From Phoronis australis (Eukaryota; Animalia; Phoronida): a stretch of 64,000 bases of DNA. Below are positions 10,401 through 21,149 of this stretch, in pieces (positions within the stretch are counted from its first letter, which is position 1; each line of letters begins with the position of its first letter). The position numbers were made by a program, and so were the translations under genes. Below the pieces are notes generated by a model. That model searched no databases, was not told the DNA's origin, and saw nothing but the letters and a program-made list of their open reading frames with translations. The stretch lies in assembly GCA_002633005.1 (NCBI GenBank), contig NMRA01000175.1, positions 314,742-378,741 of the forward strand, given 5' to 3'.

Positions 10401-12813
10401 CAAATCATTTCCAGAAGAGTAGTGTGTTATCAGTGCCTTCCAGTAAGGCCATCTCATTCCGCCTTTGCCACCTAAGTGAAACTACAAAAGTTGCAAAGGG
10501 CAATCACTTTTTGAAAAACTATCCCACATCTTAACACTACTCCCTGCAATAATGGGTTTATTTCTGCTGGTGTCTTATCAACTCTATTACCTGTCCCTAG
10601 ATCTCGTTCTGCCGTAACTCCAAGACTGAGCAACAGAAAGTGGTGGAGGCCGTTAGTGACGAGATTCAGATGATGGCTCGTCTCAACCATCCAAATATCG
10701 TACGCATCCTAGGTGCCACACAGCAGGGCTATCATTTCAACATGTTTGTCGAGTGGATGCCAGGGGGCTCTGTCGCTTATCTGTTGGACAAGTTCGGCGC
10801 CTTCTCTGAACCTGTCATTACCAGTTACACGCAGCAGGTGTTGATAGGATTGTCCTACTTACACGAACACCACATGCTCCACCGTGACCTGAAGGGTAGG
10901 TCATCGTCATGGCTACTATTTAATCGAGCATATAGGTGAACTTTCATTGGCGAGTGGTTCACCTGTGTACCATCAGTTTACTGATTCTAGTTTTTGTTTT
11001 TGCAAATGTTTGATAAGTCTGCTCTTTGGTTGCTTCAAACTGTTAGCAGAAAACTATTGTCATGTTTCATGTACTTAGTTAAGTTTATTCGCCATCTACA
11101 ATGGAACATGAAATGGGTTTCTTTTTATACTCCAGTCCCTAGATGGGATGTGTATCATCCAATATGCATGTTTTGGTAATTTATTAATTCAAACCATTAA
11201 TTTCCCCTTGTTCTCTTGCTAGGAGCCAATATTCTGGTGGATAGTACAGGCAAGCGTATCCGGATTGCTGACTTTGGGACAGCAGCCCGCCTGGGCTCAC
11301 ATCAGACTGGCGCTGGGGAGTTCCAGGGGCAGATGCTGGGTACCATAGCTTTCATGGCTCCTGAGGTGAGTGGTACTGCTATATGGTTGATGATCTCTAC
11401 AAGTTGTCCCTCATCTGTGATGGGATTGAGTTCATCACTCAAAACGCAGAATTTGAATTACCGTAGAATGAGTCTGAAATAATATTGAGATTAGGTTGAG
11501 ATTGGCCCTTCACATATTGTAGATCCCGGCACAATAAGAGACACTGGGCATACTGTAGGGGTATTTCACATCTTATGTTTAGTCCTACTCGCCCATCAGT
11601 ATCATTGAATGGCAACTTGGCCTATTGTGAGGGACAGCCTGTATACGCCACAGTAACTGATTGGTAGTCGAACCTCGTTACACTGTACCTTAAGCCACCT
11701 TTGGAATTAGTATGTTATAATGATAGTTCATTGGGACCAGGGTAAACTTTTTGTATGTCATTTATGTCTTGAATGACTTCAGTCATAAACCTTTTGCCAC
11801 AGGCCTTCATGAATGCTGTTTTCTGCGCTGGATATACATTAGGTTTCGTGTTAGAGATTTTAGATATAGATAATTGTTATAACTGGTTAGTAGTTCTATA
11901 CACAATTCAAAAAGTGATAAGTATATATTTGGTTGGTGTGTAAGTGCGTGTTCACATTCTTCAGATTGAGGGGCTGCAAAGTCGGCCGCTGTTCATTGTA
12001 AACATAGCTTAGGTATAAGCAAATGCGAGTACTCCTGAGTATAGTGTCAGCCAAGCCAGGTTGCACTTATAAATGCCAGCATTGTCTCATTCATTAAACT
12101 TGCTATAAACTATCCTGGTGTTACCTTTTTGCCTCAGGTGTTGCGAGGGGAGAGCTATGGCCGCAGTTGTGACATCTGGTCTGTTGGCTGTTGTATGATA
12201 GAGATGCACACCACCAAGCCACCGTGGGGCGCTAGTGATGTATCTAATCACCTCAAGCTGATGTACAAGGTATGTTGCATTTATTTAGTCCACTTTGCAC
12301 CTATTGGTAGTCAAATTTTGTTAATTCCTATCACTTAACCAGAGGCACTAATATGGTAAGTTTGCTTAAGCCGGACATGCATAAGTCAGATTTTTGCTTA
12401 ACTCGGACAAAGCTCTTCAGCGTTGTTATTCTAGCTTGTAGACTGAGACCTTCAGATAAGTCAGATTTCGCCTTACTCTGATAAAATATCTCTGTATGGT
12501 TGCAACTGTATTGCTTATGTCAACTTTTAGGTGTAGGCAGTAGTTAATCTCAGATGACTTGTGTGTGGGGCTGGGATGTTAGTGGTCATTTTAATAGGTG
12601 GTCAACCTATGACATACACGTTCCTTACATAACGACTGTTTTCCCATTTAGATCGCATCTGCCAAAGACCCCCCTCCCATCCCAGATGGCATGTCCCCTG
12701 CTGTTAAGGACCTTCTGCTACGCTGTGTTGAGGTCAACCGTGAGCACCGTCCATCAGCGAAGGAACTATTGCAGCACCCCCTGTTTACCAGGTACAGGTT
12801 GAAGCCAAAGTGA
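1266..12813 (+). CDS. MAP3K1: Mitogen-activated protein kinase kinase kinase 1 (MEKK1), 5'-partial; join(1266-1439,2176-2373,2734-2847,3285-3433,3698-3813,4686-4776,5254-5410,5811-6053,6297-6510,6935-8878,9056-9228,9606-9749,10601-10895,11223-11365,12138-12269,12652-12813), about 1482 aa visible
   Basis: Exons join with consistent phases to a TGA at 12811-12813. Peptides closely follow vertebrate MAP3K1: [38 protein letters not shown]...HLHC...[26 protein letters not shown], and kinase motifs [29 protein letters not shown]. Confidence 0.96.
2176..2373 (+). CDS. MAP3K1: MAP3K1 exon, pre-SWIM region
   Basis: ctacag|TTT ... CAG|gtaggt; encodes [41 protein letters not shown]. Confidence 0.95.
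2734..2847 (+). CDS. MAP3K1: MAP3K1 exon, SWIM zinc finger
   Basis: tttcag|ACT; encodes [21 protein letters not shown]...LKNYE; ends at a GC donor (GAG|gcgagt). Confidence 0.92.
3285..3433 (+). CDS. MAP3K1: MAP3K1 exon
   Basis: cctcag|GTA; encodes [17 protein letters not shown] (vertebrate VESLFQKYHSRRSSRIK); donor GG|gtaggt. Confidence 0.92.
3698..3813 (+). CDS. MAP3K1: MAP3K1 exon, RING/PHD finger N-terminal half
   Basis: taccag|T; encodes [36 protein letters not shown]; donor T|gtaagt. Confidence 0.93.
4568..4615. repeat. (GGTAT)n pentanucleotide microsatellite
   Basis: Directly visible, about 9 imperfect units. Confidence 0.9.
4686..4776 (+). CDS. MAP3K1: MAP3K1 exon, RING/PHD finger C-terminal half
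   Basis: ttgcag|GG; encodes (W)[20 protein letters not shown]; donor GA|gtaagt. Confidence 0.93.
5254..5410 (+). CDS. MAP3K1: MAP3K1 exon
   Basis: ttgcag|G; encodes PVDSP...[14 protein letters not shown]; donor GAG|gtatgg. Confidence 0.9.
5811..6053 (+). CDS. MAP3K1: MAP3K1 exon, start of TOG/armadillo-like region
   Basis: tttttag|CTA; encodes [14 protein letters not shown]...[21 protein letters not shown]; donor TTG|gtaagt. Confidence 0.93.
6297..6510 (+). CDS. MAP3K1: MAP3K1 exon, TOG-like region
   Basis: ttctag|AGG; encodes [12 protein letters not shown]...[33 protein letters not shown]; donor G|gtatat. Confidence 0.93.
6935..8878 (+). CDS. MAP3K1: MAP3K1 large exon (end of TOG-like region plus long acidic/Ser/Pro-rich linker)
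   Basis: ttgcag|GT ... G|gtgagt; 1944 nt open; includes [31 protein letters not shown] and [11 protein letters not shown]. Confidence 0.93.
9056..9228 (+). CDS. MAP3K1: MAP3K1 exon, UIM-like helix
   Basis: ttccag|AC; encodes [32 protein letters not shown]; donor GAG|gtgagt. Confidence 0.92.
9606..9749 (+). CDS. MAP3K1: MAP3K1 exon, kinase subdomains I-II
   Basis: ttccag|GAT; encodes [31 protein letters not shown]; donor CAG|gtacaa. Confidence 0.95.
10152..10372. repeat. 42-bp minisatellite, ~5.2 near-identical copies, in a MAP3K1 kinase-domain intron
   Basis: Unit gacacatgcgtagtatggcactgactggttcctttccattta repeated head-to-tail with no spacers. Confidence 0.95.
10601..10895 (+). CDS. MAP3K1: MAP3K1 exon, kinase subdomains III-VIb
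   Basis: ccctag|ATC; encodes ISFCRNS...LNHPNIVR...HRDLK; donor G|gtaggt. Confidence 0.96.
11223..11365 (+). CDS. MAP3K1: MAP3K1 exon, DFG to APE activation segment
   Basis: tgctag|GA; encodes [23 protein letters not shown]...[20 protein letters not shown]; donor gtgagt. Confidence 0.96.
12138..12269 (+). CDS. MAP3K1: MAP3K1 exon, kinase subdomains IX-X
   Basis: cctcag|GTG; encodes [18 protein letters not shown]; donor AAG|gtatgt. Confidence 0.96.
12652..12813 (+). CDS. MAP3K1: MAP3K1 terminal coding exon
   Basis: atttag|ATC; encodes [16 protein letters not shown]...[13 protein letters not shown]...K then TGA. Confidence 0.95.
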   Translation: MASAKDPPPIPDGMSPAVKDLLLRCVEVNREHRPSAKELLQHPLFTRYRLKPK

Positions 12814-14527
12814 GGTCGGGGAAAAGCGCCCCCTAAAGAGCTAAAGATCAACTAATATCTAATGTTGACAAGAGCTGCCTGTAGTTCTTGCCTGTGTATC
12901 AAATAATGTGAGCTGTGTTCTGACGGACGAGGCCTTCTTGAGGCATTTTTGCCATATTTTTGATACAATGTTACTCTCTACTCTTCCTGATTTTTTATTG
13001 GGTGCAAGAAGCAGAGTTTAAAGTGGAGTTATCAGATTTGTTGACAATCATCAGCTGGTTCTGATGTCAAGAAGAACGTGAACGATGTGGTGTGTAACTG
13101 GTTAATTTGGTTATGTAATCAACAAATTCCGTCAGTGGTGCAGGGGTTTTGTAATTTTCTAACAACTTTTGATAATCATTTATCGTTGATTTTGACATTT
13201 TTACAATAACTGTTGTAAAACTAGTCTCTGCTCTGTGCCCTCTTTGTTATCTCTTCTGAAAATTGATAAATCTGTTACAGCTCCCTGACGCATGGTGATG
13301 TTCAGTTTACCATGCAGTCATGTGTGGCGCGTATTGCCACATTGACGGATTCTGATAAATGTAACAAGTATGTCTGCCAATATTTTAGATGGGTTTACTA
13401 GACAGTTAAATCTTTTAGTTATCAGTTTTACACTGTTGTGGGAAAACTTTATACTTAGATTTGTCAAGCTCCTTTTCTAAAATAACCAATGTTAATTATT
13501 GTATATTTTTAGAAAAAGAATCGACGTTAAATTCTTACTGCTGTTTCATGATCGAATAATAAATTGTTAAAAATTTTAAGTTACAACATTGATGTTAAGT
13601 TCAGTGCATACGACACCACTCATCTCAACTCAACTAAACTGTTAACACAAGTTGCCTTGTGTCGGACGCTTTATGACACAACTCTACTCAACTCAAGCTA
13701 TAATATTATCCTGCTCATCATCAGAACTCAAGTTTTGAAAGCAGTGTTGTGATATTACCACAATTTAAATTTGTTTGAGAAAACACTGCGTCCGAGGTGC
13801 CACAAGAGTGGTAAATGTGTCACCTTAAAGTAAAATGGTGCAACTGACATAAGCAGGAAGTGAAGAAATGCGAGATTTCAAAGTACGACTATTTACTAGT
13901 CGTATGCAAAATATCACTTGAAAATATTCTATGTAGATCTAGCAGCCTGGAATAGAAGCTTGTTCTTCATGTTCCAAAATTGCAGGCATTTGGGAAAAGC
14001 TTCATTAGTCAGCAACTAAGGGTTGTATAATGTACTATTATTGAATTTGTGCCAGCTGCATTAAAGTGGTACCATTGTTGCCAATACGCAAGTTTGCAGT
14101 GCTACATGAATTTTTCATCTAGAACAGTTGTCAATAATTCAGATAAGTTGTGTTGTGTGGTTGCTCTCCTTTAGGTCAATGTTTTTTGTACTCAATAGAA
14201 TGAATTTATGTGCCAAATAATCTGTTCACTATCAGGTTCTAGTGAAAATCAATAGTGTCTGCCTCTGAGTTGTGTTGAGAAATAGGGGCACGTAATATCA
14301 AAGGTGATATGCCCAATGGTAGCTAAAGCCATTGTATAGGAAATTTTTTCCAGCACATAGTACGTTTATGTCTGGATTATGAAACTGTTGAGTGTGAATT
14401 CGGTCTACATTCAACTTCATCTTGTATGCAATGTATTGTAGTATCACATTCACATGTTGCGTGGCAACAAGCATCTTCGATACAATCAGGTGTACTGCCT
14501 TTAACAAAATTGACCCCTGAAATGCAA

Positions 14528-14638
14528 GTCGGATATGACGTGCCCACATTTTTGAGAACCAGATTTCTCCACTGAATAACTGGCATCAAACTGGTTCTTA
14601 AAATGTGGGCCCATTAGATCCGACAACTACCCTGAAAT
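14528..14638. mobile_element. Short palindromic mini-MITE, copy 1
   Basis: Inverted arms gtcggatatgacgtgcccacatttttgagaaccag / ctggttcttaaaatgtgggcccattagatccgac; a related copy lies at 51047-51137. Confidence 0.6.
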
Positions 14639-16196
14639 GTAACGAAAATGGTATTAAAAGTTGTATTATAAGGGCCACCCAACTTTTGGAAATAAAAGGT
14701 GCGACCCTTCATAGTAGACTACTGGTGCAGGAATAAAAGTATTTCTACTTTACATACGCTTTTTCTGTTTAAACACTTCACAAGAGCAAGAATGTCCCTT
14801 GTATTAGAGGTAAAGTTCAAACAAGAAATTTAGAAATGCAACTGCGCGACGAGCGTTTTGCCAGTATGGACACCAGGGGATGCTGCAAGTCAGAATTGGT
14901 CCTCAAATTTGGTGACAACACATTTTTATAAACCAACCTGAAACTGGAGTGCTAAAATCTGTTCAGGTGTTTTGAAAAAAAAGAAAGGCACAAGTTGACG
15001 TTTTTGCTTGGATCAGTCTATCTGTTTTGAAAAAAGACCAGAAATTTAAATTGCAACTAGGAGGCGAAGCACCAGTGGGATTCATTCAGGAAGATGTTTA
15101 AATGCTGTCCAGAATACAAGCATGCCAAGTTTCGTCAAGATTTTTCTCAGGTTTATGAGACCAAGACATAACTGCCACTAGGAAGCGGCACCATCGGTAA
15201 GGTCTGAGACTTGTGTTCGGGTCCATGAAAACTGACTGCAGAGAACTAACTGATGTCCCCAAGACTATGAAAGCCAACTAAATGCTAGTGAAACCTAAAA
15301 AGACCACGTGCTTCACATGGCTACACATATTTGTTATGATTTGGTCAAACGCCAGTGACTACCTTCAGACAGTAAACACTCGTAGCTGAAGAAGTATCTG
15401 AAGGTGGCCAAACATTACACTTGATCCCTTACAATCTATAGAGTCGTGTCCCTCCATTAGCAAAGACATGAAAAAGGTTTCCAGGAAATGCACTGGTTTC
15501 TTGGCAATTTCTCAAAAGTCAACACAGAAAAGAATTTGAGGAAAGGCACAGTAAGTTTATTACATTTATGAGCAGAACAACAGTCCAACTGTGTTGCACA
15601 AGCTAACAACCACTACTTTAGTGAGACTGCAGGAATTTAACATTGGGAGATTAAGAAACAATCAACGGAGATGCCTAAATCTACAACTTCATGGACATGA
15701 TGGAGAATAACTATTAGTAGTGTTGAGGAACACCCAAGGACTGTTTTTTATCAAATGTCGCAAGACAGTCCGGTCTTGGCTAAGAGAGTCACATAACTTC
15801 CAAGCTCAATTTGTACATCGTTAATTAATGTGGCTCGTTAAAGGCAGCTGTTGAGTCGGGTTATGAAAAATTACGAACTTGATATTAGTTGCATCGTTTC
15901 GCTCTCATAAAAAATGCAGCATTGCCTTTGCAAAACGTGCCAATGACGTATTTACGACTTGATAAAACAGGTCCTTGGTTTGTATGGTCAACAATAAAAA
16001 CGTAACCGGAAAGAAACCTAGCTGTGAGATCAGACACTGGGTCACTTGAACTCCATTACCTAAACCGTCTATTTGCCAGGTAGACGAGAGTTAATACATT
16101 TTCAAGGAAGATGGCCAGTGAACTTTATACCAAAGAATGTCTTATTAAAATAAATAAATGGCCAATTTAACAGTTGAGTGAAAGTGGCAATCTCGA

Positions 16197-16410
16197 TTAC
16201 TGCTTCTGGAAGTATGACTTGCTCTGCTTGACATCCGGTGTTATGGTGTCTGCACCTGGTTTCCAGCCAGCCGGACACACTTCGCCATGCTTGTCAGTAA
16301 ACTGAAACGCCTGGACCAGACGAAGAGTCTCGTCCACCGACCGACCCACGGGGAGGTCATTGACTGTGATTTGACGCAGAATACCTTTATCGTTAATAAT
16401 GTACAGGCCT
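16197..16410 (-). CDS. PRDX: Peroxiredoxin terminal exon with resolving Cys and YF motif
   Basis: ttttcag|A; encodes [24 protein letters not shown]...EVCPAGW...SYFQKQ then TAA. Confidence 0.96.
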
Positions 16411-19058
16411 CTGAAAAGAAACGAGATGGAACCACATTAATTGGAGGTTGTATTAAATGGTACAGTAGACTATGAGACGGTAACCACCTGAACGTCAGGT
16501 CTACATATTTTAAAAAATTGTAATAGACAGGGCTCAACATTAACTTTTTAAGCCACTTGCCCTTCGGGCAAGTAGTTGAAATTTTTACTTGCCCGAACAA
16601 CAAATTCACTTGCCCCAAGTACAATCCCAAATAGCACCGTGCATGTGCACACCTAGGTAATGTGTTACCGTAGGGCTGCCTGAGTGCGCTGAGCCTCCTC
16701 TTGTGTCGTGCATGCTATGAGTAGCTATTTTTTAACGATTCTTCTTATAGAACATTTATTTATANTAGATAAGCTGTTATAACACATCCCAATGTTTGCA
16801 TGTGTCCAATGTTATACATACATACTTCAGGGCTTGGAATGACCAATGGCGAAAAACACGGAAATTTTTGCAGCCCAAAACATGCGCGCTTCCCAGCCTT
16901 GAAATAGTCGATGTGGACCATTTGCCGACAAAAATCGGGGAGACTAAACAAACAGTACCACCTCCAGAAGCATGCGTCAGCGTCTTTTTAGCTCCCACCT
17001 CCACACATTTTCGGCTGCAGAGTCATAGTATTTGTCACCGCGGTTTACAATGACACGAGACGCCATTGAAAAATCCACCACGCTATCCCAGATACCCCGG
17101 CAATGTTGAAAATTTACGTTCCTCCGAAACATTAAGAGCAACTTCCACTTTTCGAGGTGAAAGTCGTCGGCAACGCCGCGGTAAGAAAGGAATTTGCCGC
17201 GGAAATTTTATATCAAATCCGATTTTTTTTAACGCAGAAATATAATAAAATACGCGGACAGAACTTTTGAAAAAAGCGGAAATCCGCATTTCCGCGAAAA
17301 ATTCCAAGCCTTGATACTTGTGGAGAAATGGTCACTGGTCATATTGAATCAATGATCTCCACTGCCTTATATTTCATGAAAGAAAATTTGCACTCATTCA
17401 GAGACAAAATAACAGCCACTGACTTCAGTAAATGACTTTAACCTCACCTGAATGCCACACCTTCGTCTTCCATCAGGCATCCGTAATCGCGTGCAATTTT
17501 CATCGTCTTGTCTGCCAACAGGGGGATCTGCATCTTCCCAAGGCCGCCCTGCTTACGAGGAGTGTTCGTCCTGAAACCGAGACAATAGTAAAATGAGAAT
17601 GAGGCAGGAATGAACGAACTGTAATCGTTGCAATAACAGATATGATACACATTGCAGTTTTATGAGAGAAACGACACATACTGCCTGCAAAACAAGTTCT
17701 ATAACTGCACCACAGATAGCTTCTTACGCAGCTGATATGATACCAAACAAAAAATGCAACACAGACTTTGCTGTAACTCCATTACACAAGAGTTCGCAAA
17801 CGACAGGATCTAGGTCTGCACATTAGTAATGTGTAAACACACACTGTTCTCCTGAAACTAGAACAAATCAAATCAAAATCTACCAGACTTTGGTTGGGAA
17901 AACAGTTGAATGGTCAGGACAATATACGCAATCAGAAAACAAGTTTCTACTTGCCAGTTAAGTATTAACAGATACCTAATCTTCCATTGAGACAACCCAT
18001 GTTGAACCTATGTGAACCAATAAGTTTCATCCAGGTGTTTTCCAGTGCAGCCTAATTACCATTAAAGTGTTCCTTTTTAATGCTGTAAGTGTTCCACCTT
18101 TAACCCCGTTAACTCACCAGGCAAGATGGCTGAACTCGCTGTCTGTTGACGCGGCGATGACCTCACAGTTGATGGCTCGGAACTCCTCTACACGATCGCT
18201 GAATGCAATGATTTCAGTTGGACACACAAATGTACTGCAAAAGAAGTTTTTTGCAACCCATTACATTTCGTGGCTCACACAAAGACACAGGGACCATATC
18301 AGCATTTAAGTTCAAGGCAGGGAGATAATGCAACTGACATTTTTTTTTGTTAGTAAATCAAATAGAAGAATGCACTTAATTACAGGACTAAGAGTGCCCA
18401 ACATAACAAAACTCAACAGACAATTTGGTGAAGCGCGGTCATATTAAAATTGTTAACAACATGAACACCAGCGGTCAGGATTTATAAATGGCCAATGACG
18501 AGTTTCTGGACAAAGTCATTGCGATGGACAAGATTTTTTCAACAAATCCCACACACTAGATGCCATCAGCATGTGCTGATGAGCTAGCCAGCCACCAACA
18601 GGCGGCTCAACACAGCAGCATCTCCCTGCTGGAGTCTAATGCTTCCAGTCTTTACTGACTTGCAGAGACTGGGGAATTTAAGAATTTGGCCACATCATTA
18701 TCACCTGGGCACTGATTAGAAAAAGAGGCTAGTAAATATGTGGTAAGGGATTTCTTACACTCATTAGAAAATAAACTAAAACTTGATATTTTTCTTTCGA
18801 GTACAAAAATGGAGGATCTCAAACACTAATAACTGGTATGAAATTTTTTGGCTAGTTGAAATATAGCCTCAAATTACACACGCACGCACACATATACAGA
18901 AAGTTGGCGGGCCTCACTTACAAGTCGAGTGGGTAGAAAAACAGCACTAGGTATTTTCCTTTGTAGTCCGACAGTTTAATCTCCCCAAATTCACCATTGC
19001 TGAGAACAGCTTGGCTGGCAAAGTCTGGGGCAGGTTGACCGATGGATGCTTTGGACAT
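16197..19058 (-). CDS. PRDX: Typical 2-Cys peroxiredoxin (PRDX1/2-like, Prx1 subfamily), complement(join(16197-16410,17448-17570,18118-18234,18922-19058)), 196 aa
   Basis: Spliced translation [13 protein letters not shown]...[20 protein letters not shown]...GGLG...[31 protein letters not shown]...SKSYFQKQ. Both VCP cysteines and the GGLG and YF motifs are present; all introns are GT-AG with consistent phases. PRDX1 versus PRDX2 orthology cannot be resolved. Confidence 0.97.
16528..16620 (+). mobile_element. Truncated end of a hAT-like non-autonomous element
   Basis: Begins cagggctcaacattaac, followed by repeated acttgccc/gggcaagt subterminal motifs; no matching opposite end is seen. Confidence 0.45.
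16828..17313. mobile_element. Non-autonomous hAT-like MITE with a 6-bp TSD, in the last peroxiredoxin intron
   Basis: TIRs cagggcttggaat / attccaagccttg (one mismatch), flanked by the direct repeat atactt (16822-16827 and 17314-17319); subterminal gcggaa/ttccgc motifs. Confidence 0.8.
17448..17570 (-). CDS. PRDX: Peroxiredoxin exon with GGLG motif
   Basis: tttcag|G; encodes [20 protein letters not shown]...GVAFR; donor AG|gtgagg. Confidence 0.96.
18118..18234 (-). CDS. PRDX: Peroxiredoxin exon with peroxidatic Cys
   Basis: ttgcag|T; encodes [18 protein letters not shown]...SHLAW; donor TG|gtgagt. Confidence 0.96.
18922..19058 (-). CDS. PRDX: Peroxiredoxin coding exon 1 (exon begins at acceptor 19067)
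   Basis: tttccag|CCAATCACC ATG TCC AAA; encodes [13 protein letters not shown]; donor TT|gtaagt. Confidence 0.95.
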
Positions 19059-19663
19059 GGTGATTGGCTGGAAATAAACAGGAAGGTGTGGTTATTTATG
19101 GTAATTATGGCATAATAGGCACAGGAATTAGCACGCTCAATAACCAACAACCATGAGTTAGCATTAAGGATTAGTGATGACTGTTATTTAAAGAAAGTCA
19201 GTCCAGATATCTGAGCTTTGTTGCAACTTAACATAGGTTAGTCTATAGTCACTTGTGTTGTAACCTTGCTAGTTTATAGATGGTTATGAACTGGGTTCCA
19301 TTTGTGTCCATACCATAATAACTAACAGAAAACAAAGTGGTAACTAACTTTGTAACACAAATATGGAAAGAGCTTGCAACACAGCACGAAGCAAGCAAAG
19401 AGTTTTAACCACAACTAATAAAATAAATGTCCTCCATTACACAATCTGACAAATGGCAAAATAACCAAGCAAACAGAACAACCTAAGTAAATTGAGGACC
19501 AGAAAATAAAGACAGAAGTGAAGCAGGTTCCACTGAATGACACCAACCAAAACTTGTGTTGGTGTGTATCTCTGATGACTACAAGTTGATTCGAAAAGAC
19601 AATGGGTCAAACACTAGAGATATATTGAGTTGAACCATGGCGACGAACATCTCAAGAGGGCTC

Positions 19664-19910
19664 ACAAGGGCAACGCTGGAGCATAGAGATGTGCCCACGG
19701 TGAATCTCATATGATATCCTTCTAAGGCCCACGAGGAGGTGCAGCAGTCAAATCAGCCCGAAAATCAAATGGTGCCCACTAGGAGGTGCTACAGTGGTTG
19801 AAGACGGAAGAAACTTTTAATGGTGCCATCGCATTGCTATCATTTTCTTCTGCGTCAAGTTTCATTAAAATCTGTTAATCAGATCTCTAGATATCATCTG
19901 GGAACGCTGT
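19664..19910. repeat. Degenerate Helentron-associated (HINE-like) interspersed repeat fragment
   Basis: acaag start, ccactaggaggtgc motif and an aagtttcattaaaatc...agatatc block that resembles the reverse complement of the 63727-64000 core. Similar blocks occur near 15050-15195, 25350-25420 and 58900-59030. Confidence 0.4.
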
Positions 19911-21149
19911 ATATATTATGTGAGCGCATAAGAAATGTTTTCCTCATATTTAAGCACTGGCCTCCCAAGATCATAAAACTAAGCAGGTAAGCATATTGAA
20001 GCCTGACCTCTAATGGTATCAAGGGGGTGTGGTATCATGTTTATGAGCAGGCTACTTGTACCCAATCATTGAGTGAGATGAATACCTACTGTTACCCATG
20101 ACATAACTAACTGCTGGTAATTTGCACATAATGGAAGATTAACATAATCATAGAGGTAACACAGTGGACTGATGTACTGGCCAAGAGGTGTTCCTGACTG
20201 ACACTTATACAACAAATGTTGGCCGTTGAGTGAACTCAAAACGTGATTTTGCATCAACATTTACATACGTTACATTCAATGACTTAAGTTAAAGTTAAGT
20301 ACCAAAATGCTGAAAATAATATTAAATGACCCCTCAAGTGTGCTAGTATATATTGTGATACCAAAATTAATAAATTTTAAGGACTTTATGCTTCTTCACA
20401 GTACATAATTTCGACACAATTTACTTACACAGGCATTAAACTCGTGCTTTCTGTCAAAGAACAAGTCTTGATTTATACCACTTATAAAATTGGTCTTGAA
20501 TTGTTCCTTAATGAAACTAGGTGTGATTCCTACATCTGAAAAAATTTGTATTAAATTTTATTAGCTTGGTTAGGAAGAATAATGAACAGTCAGTTATTTC
20601 CGAGTCCAGAAATGACTGAGCAAGGAACACATGAACATAGTTATAAAATGGTAAGTAGTTTATATCAAAAAATTGTTTTTAACAGAAAACATTGGTTCAA
20701 TACCACTTTAACTGTACTACAATTTTTTTTCATCATTAACAAGTTGTCTTCAATATTTCTTTGTTACTGAAGAAAAACAACCTGGCTAATTTTAGAAGGC
20801 ATACTTGTTTAGAATGAGCAATTTAAAAAACGTGATCATTACGTACACATGAATTAAGCTTTGCAATACCTTTGTTCAAATTCCTCCACTCAACCTTTCA
20901 GGTAAGACAGAATTCACCTCATTCAAATAAAATCTATCCTGTTGGATTTCACAAGTGAAACTTTAGTGAATGTACTGTTCCTTTTTCAGTTTAACTTGTA
21001 CCAAACAATACTTTCTAGATTATGAAAATAATTCGTTTCACAAATAATGCTCTGACCAATGAGAGATACCAACTGACACCATCATACCAGTGACATAAAG
21101 ACATAAAGGAAATGAGACGGTCTACCACACAGCCAAGTCTGTTAATTAC

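Noticed and set aside
19560-19615. Hammerhead-like ctgatga...cgaaa motif
   Set aside because: Stem II does not close and the stem III/NUH geometry is wrong. Similar partial matches near 255-285 (-) and 33921 also fail.
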